Source of the DNA: a virus
Lineage: Duplodnaviria > Heunggongvirae > Uroviricota > Caudoviricetes
Reading direction: 5' to 3' (one strand)
Length of the DNA stretch: 50,164 nt
IMG/VR virus record: IMGVR_UViG_3300014204_006419
In this document: positions 27,991 through 37,792 of the stretch, piece by piece
How the letters are laid out: the number at the start of each line of letters is the position of its first letter
Position numbering within the stretch: the first letter of the stretch is position 1
The notes under the pieces: model-generated
The model's input: the letters and a program-made list of their open reading frames with translations, nothing else
What the model was told of the DNA's origin: nothing
Database searches by the model: none
Program-made: the position numbers and the translations under genes

Positions 27991-30900
27991 ACTCCGTCAA
28001 AGATATTCGGTATTTGTCTAGTTCTTGATTGTGGTACTCTTGGTGATAGCTTTGGCATTGGTGCCCTTGGCTTTGCTACTGGTCTTTGTTGTGGTATATC
28101 AAGGATTGGTCTGATTCCAGCACCGCTCATATCAATTGCTCCACCATGGATGTTGAATATCTCTGCTGCTAGTGATGGGTTGTACTTTGTAACTTGTCTT
28201 CCTGCTCCGAAGTACGAATCGGTTCCTCTTGATTCCCCCCCACCTAAACCGAATGACGGCAGAACTAACCCTGGCAATTCGGTTTTGAGTTTCTCTTGGG
28301 TTCTGGTATCTTCTCGTGGTTTTGTTTTTGTTTTTTCTTCCACTATTTCTTTTACTTCATATCTAGGTTCTTTTACTCTTTCTTCAACTTTATAATCTGG
28401 GTTTGTTATTTCATATGCTTTCACTCTTGATATTTCTATTGGTTTGATTATGGTAAGTTCTTTTGTTCTAACTCCTTCAATATCAAATGGTCTAGTTAGT
28501 TCCATCTCTATTACTCTAGTTTGAATGCGTCTTTCTGCTTTTTCTATTTCAATTGGTTTTATTCTTGTTTTTGTTTTTTCTCTTTCCAGTTCTCTTGCCT
28601 TTTCTTTGTATCTTGAAAGCTCATCATCAATTGTTCTCTCGATTGGGCTTTTTGGTCTAGTCAATTTATTCTTATTAGCAAGTAAATCTCCTACTTCTGA
28701 ACCTAGGTATTCTTGTTTTGTTAGTTCATTATCAAATGGTCTTTGTTCCATTACTGTTTCGGTTCTTTGCATTTTTCCTTTTTGATATATCGGTTCTCCT
28801 TCTCCAAATGGTCTAAATTGTCCTTTGCTTGTTCTACCTAAGTCAAATTCAAAAGTCTTTCCGTATGCTGGCTTTCCACTTTCGAAGAATTCTGTCGCGT
28901 ACGCACCTTTTGCTTTTAGTCCTTTGGTTGAAACTTGTCCTAGGAATCTTGGTTCGGCTCCTTCTAGACCATAAGTTACTCCAGCTACTCTAGTGCGAGA
29001 AATTGGCGTTCCTTCGTATATTCCCCCAGTGAATTCTCCCGCAATTCCTGCACTTGGAGTTGTCTCAAATGGTTTGTAGACATTGGCTTGAACTGAGGTT
29101 TTACCTATTACGCTAGGTGCACCTTCTCCGTATTTAACTCCAACTTTGGTTTCTCCCATTCTAACTTTTGCGAGTGGACTTGCTTGTAATGCACCTGCGG
29201 TATATAATCCAGTACCAAGAGCTGCACCAGTTAAGAAACTTTCTCCTAGTCCTTCTGCAGTGAATGCTTTCTGTTGTGCTTCTTCGCCTCTCCAGCCAAG
29301 TGCTTTTGTCCCAGTATCAACTGCGCCAAGTCCTATTCCGCTATATGCAACCACTTTTCCAAGATTCATTGCACTATAATCGCCTTGTTGTATTCCATAT
29401 TTATTCCATGCAGAAGAAACCGCGGGGATTTTTACAGACTTTCCAACTTTACTAGCAATCGCTCCACCAATCCCTGCAGCTCCACCGAAAGCTGCAGTAC
29501 CTAACGCAGATTCTGCTGCTGCAGAATAATCAAATGGTTTCTTCTCGATTATATTGCTAGTTAGAGAAGCCGCTGCCCCACCTGCACCAAATGCGACAGT
29601 TTGTTTTGCGATATTCCCAATGGTGCCAGATAATGCTTTAACTCCGCCAATTGCACCAGCAACTTTTGTGAATCCACCCATTTCTACAGTTTGCTTTCCT
29701 ACGTTGTATGGATTGTATGCTGCAGATGAACCTTGCCCAAGTGCAGAACCAATTACATTACTTGCTATTGCTGCACCCGTAGAAGTTACAAATCCTATTG
29801 GAGTTAATGTCCCAGCTAGCGAAAGTGCCGATGTTCCGACACTTAGAGCGGCTTCCCCAGTATTTCCGATAACCGCACCAAATCCCCCTTGTAGAGTTGT
29901 TTCTTTGTCAAGTGCTTCAGATATTTTTGCTCCATACTTAGATGGTGCATAAGCAATATTTTCTACGTTGGTTACTACTCCTTGACCTACTCCACCAAGA
30001 TATTCAGTTACAGATGCACCAATCCGATTTCCACCTGTAAATTCTAATGCTCTCTGATGTCTAGCTTCTGATAGCGCAGCTTCGTCTATTCCTGGTTTAA
30101 CTATTGCTGCAGCCTGATTCCAGTATTGCTCTGGATTTGCTTCATTTGCTTGTTTTTGTATTTCTTCGTAAGATTCTGGTGTTAGTGTAGTTCTTAGAAG
30201 GTCTTGGTTTGCATTGAATGCTTCTTGTATTTTAGCTTGCTCTCCTCCAGCGTGTTGAAGCATTCTGTAAGCAGATGCTGTGTTTCCTGCTTGCCAAACT
30301 AAGTTCCCAGTTGAATCCTTTACTAATGTGAATTCATTTGGTGTTTCGGAATAGAACTCGCCTTGTTGCGGAGTCCATTGAATTTTGTATCCTTCAGTAC
30401 CTGGAGTCCCTGTAGTCAATGCATTAGTAGCTAAATCGGTGTAGTTTGTTTTAACCAAATCTCCTTTGATTGCATTTACTCTTTGTATATTTGATTTTTG
30501 TTCTGCAGTGATTGCATTTTGATTTTTGAGTTCTTCTACGTCTACTACCTGTTTTACTGCTTGTTCACCTTGGTATGCGCGAATGTCTGATATGTTCTGT
30601 TTAACTGTTGCTAGTGTTTCTGCATCATAGTTTTCAGGATTAGCTACAATCGCAGCGAGAGTAGTTGTTCTCCCAGTATCTCCGATTGCAATCGGATTCT
30701 GATTTATCAAATATTCGGCATGTCCAACTTCCCATGCGTGATATTTTGCTAATTGTTCTGGGTCATCTGTTTGTAGTACGTATCCTTCCTTTGTTGACAT
30801 ATTCGCATATGGATTGTAATTTAATGAATAATCTTCTACCTTGGTAGGTTCTGCTGGAGTAGCTGGCTTTATTGTTTCCGTACCTGCTCGAATAGTTTGT

Positions 30901-31997
30901 GATTGTGCTCTTGCTTCTTGTTCGGCTAAATATCTTTCAACGTCAACTCCCGCTCCTCTTGGCGTGTCTACCCATCCTGTTCCTTTTGCATCATAAGGGA
31001 TTTTGAGTCCTGCCTGTCTTGCTTCTATCCATGCTTTTGTATTTGATTCTGAGTATTGGTCTACAGGTGCAGAAACATTTGCAGAAGGCGATTCCGCAGA
31101 ATAACTAGGTACGTTTTGACTGAATGCAGTAGCTTTATCGGTTTCAAAACTTGCTGGAGAATAGTTCTTGACTCCGATATTTTGCATCGCTTCTGGATAT
31201 GTTTGTGTTCCTTTTCCTGCTAACTGCGAGAATAGATTTGTTGGCTTTATTACTGTGTTAAGGTTTTCTCCTCCAATCGTTTGAGTGTTGACTCCCTTGC
31301 TCAAATTGGCGTAGTAACTAGTCAAATCTGTTGGTTGATTAGCAGTACTTTTAGTTGATAGTGCTTGAGAATAGGTTAGATTCGGATTCAATACGGATGC
31401 GTTCGCAGTGGGTGAACTTGGTGATATAAATCCACCTGCATTTCCAGTTGTTTCTGTAAATGTTTTTGCATCTTGTGAAACAAAAGTCTTGTTAGTTCCT
31501 GCTTGCGAGTAAACAGTTCCAGCAGCAGATGAAGCAATTGGTGTCAGATTTGATGGTGTGTAATTAGTTGAACTTAACGCTTGCGAATAAGTAGGTGTGT
31601 TTCCAGTCAATATTGATTGAGCTTGTTGTTGTGCTGGTGCTACTTGCGAAGTACCATACATAGAACTGTATCCACCAGTACTTGGTGCTACGCTGGAGGA
31701 TGCCGCACTATATGCTGGAGTGTAATTTACAGTAGGAACAATTACTTGAGATGAGCCACCAGTAGAATCTGTTGGTGTGCCACCAGTATTCCAACCCGTG
31801 CTTCCCCATCCAGTTTCTCCTCCACTGGATTGATTTGCAGGCGTTTTGATTACTTGCGCTGCAGTTGCCGTTGTAGTTGGTGGTGGTGCGCCTCCTTTTA
31901 TTGTTGAACTTTGAGCAGTTGCTGTGGTAGTAGGAGCAGTTGAACCACTGCCCATGTTCTTTCCATCAATGTAAACGTCTCCACGAGGAATTGCCAT
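27987..31997 (-). CDS. 1336-aa protein: S/T/G-rich N-terminus, G/A-rich hydrophobic middle, charged C-terminus (tape-measure- or ejection-protein-like)
   Basis: ORF track; composition only. Confidence 0.75.
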   Translation of the reverse strand: MAIPRGDVYIDGKNMGSGSTAPTTTATAQSSTIKGGAPPPTTTATAAQVIKTPANQSSGGETGWGSTGWNTGGTPTDSTGGSSQVIVPTVNYTPAYSAASSSVAPSTGGYSSMYGTSQVAPAQQQAQSILTGNTPTYSQALSSTNYTPSNLTPIASSAAGTVYSQAGTNKTFVSQDAKTFTETTGNAGGFISPSSPTANASVLNPNLTYSQALSTKSTANQPTDLTSYYANLSKGVNTQTIGGENLNTVIKPTNLFSQLAGKGTQTYPEAMQNIGVKNYSPASFETDKATAFSQNVPSYSAESPSANVSAPVDQYSESNTKAWIEARQAGLKIPYDAKGTGWVDTPRGAGVDVERYLAEQEARAQSQTIRAGTETIKPATPAEPTKVEDYSLNYNPYANMSTKEGYVLQTDDPEQLAKYHAWEVGHAEYLINQNPIAIGDTGRTTTLAAIVANPENYDAETLATVKQNISDIRAYQGEQAVKQVVDVEELKNQNAITAEQKSNIQRVNAIKGDLVKTNYTDLATNALTTGTPGTEGYKIQWTPQQGEFYSETPNEFTLVKDSTGNLVWQAGNTASAYRMLQHAGGEQAKIQEAFNANQDLLRTTLTPESYEEIQKQANEANPEQYWNQAAAIVKPGIDEAALSEARHQRALEFTGGNRIGASVTEYLGGVGQGVVTNVENIAYAPSKYGAKISEALDKETTLQGGFGAVIGNTGEAALSVGTSALSLAGTLTPIGFVTSTGAAIASNVIGSALGQGSSAAYNPYNVGKQTVEMGGFTKVAGAIGGVKALSGTIGNIAKQTVAFGAGGAAASLTSNIIEKKPFDYSAAAESALGTAAFGGAAGIGGAIASKVGKSVKIPAVSSAWNKYGIQQGDYSAMNLGKVVAYSGIGLGAVDTGTKALGWRGEEAQQKAFTAEGLGESFLTGAALGTGLYTAGALQASPLAKVRMGETKVGVKYGEGAPSVIGKTSVQANVYKPFETTPSAGIAGEFTGGIYEGTPISRTRVAGVTYGLEGAEPRFLGQVSTKGLKAKGAYATEFFESGKPAYGKTFEFDLGRTSKGQFRPFGEGEPIYQKGKMQRTETVMEQRPFDNELTKQEYLGSEVGDLLANKNKLTRPKSPIERTIDDELSRYKEKARELEREKTKTRIKPIEIEKAERRIQTRVIEMELTRPFDIEGVRTKELTIIKPIEISRVKAYEITNPDYKVEERVKEPRYEVKEIVEEKTKTKPREDTRTQEKLKTELPGLVLPSFGLGGGESRGTDSYFGAGRQVTKYNPSLAAEIFNIHGGAIDMSGAGIRPILDIPQQRPVAKPRAPMPKLSPRVPQSRTRQIPNIFDGV

Positions 31998-32039
31998 GTA
32001 ACCACACCCTTAGTTTTCTATATGTTCTTGGGCGGTGAA

Positions 32040-32064
32040 TAACTATATAAAGGTGTGTTAACAG
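32040..32064 (-). promoter_or_regulatory. Promoter CTGTTAACACACCTTTATATAGTTA
   Basis: 25-nt identity with 36762-36786; TATA about 50 nt above the large gene. Confidence 0.8.
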
Positions 32065-32185
32065 AGATGACTAAGAAAATTAGTTGTATTTATATACCTT
32101 TGTGTAGAAAAGTATATGAAGGGGAGTGTGTGGGAAGTTCGACGAGCCAGCTCGATTCAGTTCGTTGATTCCCCTTTCCCACACA

Positions 32186-32413
32186 CTAATGCTGTTCTAA
32201 ACTTCTCGATAATAAGTTCTGACCAACTAGATAACCTGCTATTGCACCTATTGCTCCAGACGATAGGTCAAATGAGAAATTGGTCAGCACGATTCTCAAA
32301 ACTAAATATCCTGCGAGAACTAACATGATTACTTTTATAACGTTAAAAATAGTGTCCCAGCTAACCTTTGCGTTCATTGTTGGCATTTTGAAGCCACCTA
32401 CGGTTCCCGCCAT
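32186..32413 (-). CDS. 75-aa two-helix membrane protein
   Basis: Two hydrophobic helices with an NFS sequon between them. Confidence 0.7.
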   Translation of the reverse strand: MAGTVGGFKMPTMNAKVSWDTIFNVIKVIMLVLAGYLVLRIVLTNFSFDLSSGAIGAIAGYLVGQNLLSRSLEQH

Positions 32414-32422
32414 AAAATCAAC

Positions 32423-32551
32423 TCAATCTTTTGTAGTACGATAGCCGCATCGCCAGCATACATAAACTTGAATCTTATTACCTGTTCGGTCTGGGTTAGA
32501 AGTTAGCGTTCCGCCCTTTTTAAGCTTATTGCCACAGCGAGGGCAGAACAT
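32423..32551 (-). CDS. 42-aa zinc-ribbon protein
   Basis: Manual translation MFCPRCG...VCWRCGYRTTKD; GAGGTGG RBS. Confidence 0.65.
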   Translation of the reverse strand: MFCPRCGNKLKKGGTLTSNPDRTGNKIQVYVCWRCGYRTTKD

Positions 32552-32560
32552 CTAGCCACC

Positions 32561-32956
32561 TCAGAATCGTATTTCGAATTGTCTCCATCTTGGTTCTCTA
32601 AAAGATGGTGGATGAAATGGGTATGATGGAATTGTATTCGGAAATGTACCAGGCTGTGGTGTGTATGGAGTTTTCGTTGGTTCTGGTTGCGGTGAACTTG
32701 GTGTAGTCGGTGAGTATGGAATTATCTCTGGTTGCGGTGAACTTGGTGTAGTCGGTGAGTATGGAATTATCGTTGGTGGAAATATGCTTGGAGTTGGAAT
32801 CCAAGGATTTGAGGGAAATGGAATTGGTGAAAATGGTTTGACTTCTTCTATGCATCCACGTCCATCACATTTCTGGCAGTGGTGAAATCCGTGAACTTCG
32901 CATTGTTCTTTTCCAGTTCCATTACAAATTGGACATCTCTTTCTCATCAATATCAC
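32561..32956 (-). CDS. DnaJ-type CxxCxGxG zinc finger plus Pro-rich disordered region
   Basis: CPICNGTG and CQKCDGRG; IIPYSPTTPSSPQPE x2. Confidence 0.7.
   Translation of the reverse strand: MILMRKRCPICNGTGKEQCEVHGFHHCQKCDGRGCIEEVKPFSPIPFPSNPWIPTPSIFPPTIIPYSPTTPSSPQPEIIPYSPTTPSSPQPEPTKTPYTPQPGTFPNTIPSYPFHPPSFREPRWRQFEIRF
32682..32771. repeat. Perfect 45-bp tandem duplication
   Basis: TCTGGTTGCGGTGAACTTGGTGTAGTCGGTGAGTATGGAATTATC x2. Confidence 0.95.
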
Positions 32957-33579
32957 CTGCGTTTATTCAAACGATTCATAAAATCTTCGTATCGTGCTTG
33001 GCTTAGTTCTTGCGGTTCAGATGCTGCACGGTAAGTATTTACTTTTCTGAGTGCATCCATCTCTGCATCTATTTCCATTTCTCTTCTTACCTTTGAATAT
33101 ATTCGTGGAATCTTTCCTAGACGTTGCAATCTTTCTAAATAAATGGGGTCATTTTTTGCATTTAAGTCTACCTGACGCAGATTGTGGATTTGTTCAGCGT
33201 GGCGTAATTCATGTGCAGCAGTATACACTGTTGCGTCTCCAATTTCTCCGCTTTTGAATCTTGTTCGAATGTAACCTTTATTATCTGCTTTACCTTCTTG
33301 ATACCGTTTTGGTACTGTTCTTCTTTCAGATGTTTCTGGAGCTACTTCCAAATAAATATCTACATAACCAGGTTTTCGGTGCCATGAAGCTACTCCAGTT
33401 CTGTCGTTTAAAAATTTACTTTGTTCAGATTTATCAACGAACACAATCTGTCTGGTATTTTTTATTGCTGCTTGTGATGGTTGTGCATATCGAACGATTC
33501 TTCTCAACACAGCATCAGGTACTCGGTATCCTTTGTAGTCTCCTCTGCCAGTTCGATTTATAATATCCATGCCAATCAC
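32953..33579 (-). CDS. Zincin-like metallopeptidase domain protein
   Basis: AAHELRHAEQ (HExxH) and EIDAE. Confidence 0.7.
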   Translation of the reverse strand: MIGMDIINRTGRGDYKGYRVPDAVLRRIVRYAQPSQAAIKNTRQIVFVDKSEQSKFLNDRTGVASWHRKPGYVDIYLEVAPETSERRTVPKRYQEGKADNKGYIRTRFKSGEIGDATVYTAAHELRHAEQIHNLRQVDLNAKNDPIYLERLQRLGKIPRIYSKVRREMEIDAEMDALRKVNTYRAASEPQELSQARYEDFMNRLNKRR

Positions 33580-34058
33580 ATTTGCATTGTTGCATTGCTT
33601 GGCTTTCCGTAAGTTACGATTGCTAGCAAGCAGCTCAGTGCCAGAATGATTATCGGGAAGTTTGATACGAGCCAGGTGGTATTGGGGAACAACGCTACCG
33701 CTGCAGCTAGTGCAGGTTGCGCTGAGACGTTTAGATATACTTGTGAGAGGATATACGAAAACATCACTGAGATTAGCTGGACGAAAATCATCAGGAAGAA
33801 GAACGCGGGATGCGCTCTTATGCTGAATGCAGAGATAATTGCTACGAGTGAAAGCCCGATGAAAAGAAGTACTCCTATGTAATCAAACATTCCGAATGTG
33901 TTGGTGGTAGTTTGCACTGCGGTCTTAGCGGTATCGGGAAATAGAAAGCTTGACTGAATCTCACTATTGAAAGCCATGCAAGCATATGCTCCGATGATAC
34001 CTATGATTCCAAATGCTACAACGTAGAAAGAAATTGGAATCGCGTCGAACATACTCAT
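33576..34058 (-). CDS. Multi-pass (about 4 TM) membrane protein
   Basis: Hydropathy. Confidence 0.75.
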   Translation of the reverse strand: MSMFDAIPISFYVVAFGIIGIIGAYACMAFNSEIQSSFLFPDTAKTAVQTTTNTFGMFDYIGVLLFIGLSLVAIISAFSIRAHPAFFFLMIFVQLISVMFSYILSQVYLNVSAQPALAAAVALFPNTTWLVSNFPIIILALSCLLAIVTYGKPSNATMQM

Positions 34059-34256
34059 GTTTTATACCTCAGATTCCTTCGTTTTTTAGTCTATCTGCCA
34101 TTTTGTATAATTCGTCTGGTGATACCGAACCTATGAATTGCTTTCCTTTATGAATCTGTATTGCTGACCTGCTTACCCTTGTTAATTTTATTTTTCCATG
34201 TTTAGTGTTCGTCCAGTATCTTAGCTCTTCTTTGGAATAGTGCATATCGGTTCACC

Positions 34257-35636
34257 TCAGTCTAGGTGGAAGTTTGGAATATGTGCTCTCGGCAATCTTG
34301 GAGTTGGAGACCTGAAATCTCTTGTATTCACATCTGGGATATTAGCTCTTGGTAGGCGTGCTTCTCTGGTGTGAACATTGAAATTTGTACGCACGTCGTT
34401 TGTTCTGATGTCCCTCATTTGCACTGGATTTGTATTTACGCGCATCTTACCTTCAAATGCGACTTTCGGGATATTCACTGCGCCACCACCGAAAATCTGG
34501 TCTGGCGGAGCAGGTCTTCTTTGTTGACCATATGCTTGTGGCACTCTAGGAGATTGTCCCATTCCACCAATAAGCTGGTCTGGTTGATTTGAAACGCTTT
34601 GACCCATTCCTCCTTCGAATGCTGGAGCGAATCCACCTCTCCTTGGTTGTTGATAGTTTCCACTTGGCGTTCCGTACTCTTCTATGATTACTCTTCTGCG
34701 CACTCCTTGCGATGATTGTGGATAAGTCTGTTGTGGTCTTTGCTGAGGTCTTTGCTGTGGCTGTGGTCTTGGTTGCTGTTGAGGTGCTTGCTGCGGTGAT
34801 TGTTCTTGCTCTTGTGATTCTTCAGGTAGCAATGCATTGAATATCCTTTCTTTCTGTTCTTCGGTTAAATGTGGCTGGCTTTGCAAGAAAGTAACTATCG
34901 CACGTTCCTTCTGTTCATCGCTCAAAAGTTGATTAGATAGATAATTCCTTAGATAGTAAAATGCTTGCTCTTCTGAATATCTTGGTGCGAGCATTTGGTT
35001 TACTCCAGTCGAATCTATTGCATTCTGAACTGAGATGTTTGGTGCAACTCTCTTGATTTCGTTTGATACCACAGTAATTGGATTATTCTCAATTTGGGAT
35101 TTCACTGTTTGCATCTTCTGACGATAAAGTTCTCCCTTCAATGCTTCTAAGTTTTGCTGTCTTTCTAATGATTCGTATTCTGCTTCGATACGATTTTCTT
35201 CTGCTTCCATCTTTGCATTTCTAATTTGAGCAAGTTTTCTTCTTTGAATCTCTTCGTTAATTCTTCTCTGAGCGTCTATCTTTTGCTTGTTAAGTTCAAA
35301 ATTAAGCCTGCGTGTTTCTGCATCTGTTTTAAATTTTTCTCTTTCTGCTTTTCTGTATTCGTTTTGTGCTTCGTGCCTTAATCTATCTTCTTTTTTTCCT
35401 AGTTCAGTATCAAGATTCTCTAGCGAATATCTTTCACGAATATCCTCTCTCTGGCTTGCGCTAATGTGAGGGGCTACTTTCTTTTCAAAATGAGTATCTT
35501 CGATTTGCTCTTTATCTTTTCCGATAGAACTAGTGAAACCAGATATGCCTTTGGCGATTCCCTTTAGTTTATCCGTCAATCCATCCTTAGATTGATTCTC
35601 TTTCGCTTGCTCCATAAATTCGTTGAAGTCAACCAT
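34257..35636 (-). CDS. Coiled-coil protein with Q/P/R-rich disordered C-terminal half
   Basis: ORF track; composition. Confidence 0.75.
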   Translation of the reverse strand: MVDFNEFMEQAKENQSKDGLTDKLKGIAKGISGFTSSIGKDKEQIEDTHFEKKVAPHISASQREDIRERYSLENLDTELGKKEDRLRHEAQNEYRKAEREKFKTDAETRRLNFELNKQKIDAQRRINEEIQRRKLAQIRNAKMEAEENRIEAEYESLERQQNLEALKGELYRQKMQTVKSQIENNPITVVSNEIKRVAPNISVQNAIDSTGVNQMLAPRYSEEQAFYYLRNYLSNQLLSDEQKERAIVTFLQSQPHLTEEQKERIFNALLPEESQEQEQSPQQAPQQQPRPQPQQRPQQRPQQTYPQSSQGVRRRVIIEEYGTPSGNYQQPRRGGFAPAFEGGMGQSVSNQPDQLIGGMGQSPRVPQAYGQQRRPAPPDQIFGGGAVNIPKVAFEGKMRVNTNPVQMRDIRTNDVRTNFNVHTREARLPRANIPDVNTRDFRSPTPRLPRAHIPNFHLD

Positions 35637-35653
35637 TTTCCCTCACCTGCCCT

Positions 35654-35684
35654 TTGTTTAAATTTCATTGCTTATAAACTTTAC
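35654..35684 (-). promoter_or_regulatory. Promoter GTAAAGTTTATAAGCAATGAAATTTAAACAA
   Basis: Similar to 27961-27990. Confidence 0.6.
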
Positions 35685-35706
35685 CTCAATAATTTACTAC
35701 TTATTC

Positions 35707-36726
35707 TTATTTTCTATTTCGCTTTACTTGTTCCATGAAGTTTTCGAATCTTGATTGTCCGTATTCTGCTGGCTCGTTGATTGATTCATTTCTTCGGATA
35801 TACGCATCGTTAGAATCTTGGAGGTCTGCTCGTTCTCTGTCTTTATTCCAATAATCTGCTTGTCTCATGAAATGTTCAAATCTATTTTGACCTACTTCCC
35901 CAGATTGATTTATCTGCCTAAGTCGTAATTGTCTTTGGTATCTTGATTCTTCATTTTCTACTTTATTCATATCGTTAAAAGTTGTATCCATTCTCTTTCG
36001 TTCTGCCCATGGATTTCTATTTTGGCTTGCGTTTACAAATCTACTATATCTGCTTTGGCTTACTTCATTTGGTTCTCTGATTCTCTCTCTCGTTTCTTGT
36101 GAAGGTTCGTATCGTTGAACATATCTTGCAAATCTTGCGGATGATTTTTGCATTTCGTTTAGACTTCTATTTCCAGTGTATTCTGGCGCAACATTTGGAT
36201 TATCAAATTTCATGCCTGCTGGGTGCATAAACCCAGTTCCTTTCATTACTTCCCATTGCATATTCTTAGGAACCGTTTGATTGTATCTACTGATTATTCC
36301 ACGTGCTCTTGCGGTAGATGTTGAATTCTTTAGCATTATGTATGGATGTGGATTTGTTCTGTCTTCGTGTCCCCCACAAGACCCAAATGTTGTCGCTCCA
36401 GCGCGAGTAAGCTGTACGCATGATTTTCTTATTTTTGGGTCTATACCACTTGACCAGTCTCCACCTTTAACGTGCTCGGTAATGAATACTCGGTGCGGGG
36501 TAATTCCACCAAAGTCATCGTTTACTCCTAATTGTCTTCCTTCTTCCCTAGATAACAATGCCATATTTGTTGAATGGATATTCAATCCTTTGCGAGTCAA
36601 TCTTCGGGATACTGCGTCGATTACTTTCATATTCTCTGAAGCTATTGGGTTTCCGTATTTGTCAACTATTGGATAGTAGGTAATTCCATCTACTGTGTAT
36701 GGTTTACTAGATAAGGCGGACTCCAA
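35707..36726 (-). CDS. Protein with TYW3-like IDP..SCxGH module and three C-terminal QxRFExF repeats
   Basis: IDPKIRKSCVQLTRAGATTFGSCGGH; start revised to TTG 36726 because the promoter at 36762-36786 lies inside the listed ORF. Confidence 0.6.
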   Translation of the reverse strand: MESALSSKPYTVDGITYYPIVDKYGNPIASENMKVIDAVSRRLTRKGLNIHSTNMALLSREEGRQLGVNDDFGGITPHRVFITEHVKGGDWSSGIDPKIRKSCVQLTRAGATTFGSCGGHEDRTNPHPYIMLKNSTSTARARGIISRYNQTVPKNMQWEVMKGTGFMHPAGMKFDNPNVAPEYTGNRSLNEMQKSSARFARYVQRYEPSQETRERIREPNEVSQSRYSRFVNASQNRNPWAERKRMDTTFNDMNKVENEESRYQRQLRLRQINQSGEVGQNRFEHFMRQADYWNKDRERADLQDSNDAYIRRNESINEPAEYGQSRFENFMEQVKRNRK

Positions 36727-36761
36727 AACATCACCTATTCCTATTCTTCTTGGGTTGCAAC

Positions 36762-36786
36762 TAACTATATAAAGGTGTGTTAACAG
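36762..36786 (-). promoter_or_regulatory. Promoter identical to 32040-32064
   Basis: 25-nt exact match. Confidence 0.8.
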
Positions 36787-36788
36787 GA

Positions 36789-37232
36789 CTACTTTGGCAT
36801 GAGCCAATTATAGAACTGGTCTAGATTGAGCAAGGTGCAGATTCTAGCTGGCGTGATTCCCTGCCATGCAATAATTAGAATCGCTATGATGATTCCCAAT
36901 GCGAGAAGTTTGTGTTGGCTTGCCCAATATCCTATCTCGTAATATAAAGAGTTGTTCTGGTAATCGTAAGCTCGGTAAGAACTAGAACTTGAATAGCTTC
37001 TTTGTTGGATTGGTGGTTTGTAATCTGGAGAGCTTCTTAAATCGTAATCTGCTCGTTTCTGTGGATTGCTCAGTGTTTCATTCGCTTCACTGATACTTTT
37101 GAATATTTCTTCTGAACCTTTTGCTTTATTTACATCTGGGTGGTACTTCATTGCCAGTTTCTTGAATGCTACATTTATCTCGTCTTGCGTAGCCGTCCTC
37201 TGTACACCGAGGACATTGTAAAAGTCGCCCAT
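36789..37232 (-). CDS. J-domain (DnaJ-like) protein with C-terminal TM helix
   Basis: [15 protein letters not shown] and [11 protein letters not shown]. Confidence 0.9.
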   Translation of the reverse strand: MGDFYNVLGVQRTATQDEINVAFKKLAMKYHPDVNKAKGSEEIFKSISEANETLSNPQKRADYDLRSSPDYKPPIQQRSYSSSSSYRAYDYQNNSLYYEIGYWASQHKLLALGIIIAILIIAWQGITPARICTLLNLDQFYNWLMPK

Positions 37233-37248
37233 TGAGGTTTGTTGGGTG

Positions 37249-37587
37249 TTAACTTGTATTTAACAGTTTCAGCGACTCACTCTCGTTCTCTGGCAGAAAT
37301 TCTAGGAAACCATAGCAGGTTCTATTGATTCCATAGATGTCTTTGAATTTTGTCATTCTTGCATACGATGTATCCCATCCGTCGAAACCCCAAACATCTT
37401 GAAGGTTTCTGCTTGTATTTGTCTGGAAGTCGGTACCGATAAGTGCATGACAGTAGACTGGAGTATCCGCTATGAAATACAGTCCGATGAGTTTTGCTCC
37501 GTAGACAAACGCGAAGTAGAACATCACCAATGCAATGATTACGTTTCCAAGACTAGACGCTGCTTGCTGTACGTTCATCGGCTCCAT
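37249..37587 (-). CDS. Membrane-anchored hypothetical protein
   Basis: N-terminal TM. Confidence 0.6.
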   Translation of the reverse strand: MEPMNVQQAASSLGNVIIALVMFYFAFVYGAKLIGLYFIADTPVYCHALIGTDFQTNTSRNLQDVWGFDGWDTSYARMTKFKDIYGINRTCYGFLEFLPENESESLKLLNTS

Positions 37588-37792
37588 TTATTTCACCTTC
37601 TGGTTTTAGAATCTCTTCCAGAATCTTTATCTCTGTGTAGTACTTTGTCATCTTCTTGCTCAAATCTTGAATTGAGTAGATACACTTTCTTTGTCCTGGG
37701 TCTAGTACAATATCGTATAGTTCATTTTGAATGTCACCGATTTTTCCAGTGAGTTCGTTGATTCTATGAATAATCCATTGTTCACTTTTCAT
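37553..37792 (-). CDS. Helical hypothetical protein
   Basis: ORF track. Confidence 0.55.
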   Translation of the reverse strand: MKSEQWIIHRINELTGKIGDIQNELYDIVLDPGQRKCIYSIQDLSKKMTKYYTEIKILEEILKPEGEINGADERTASSV

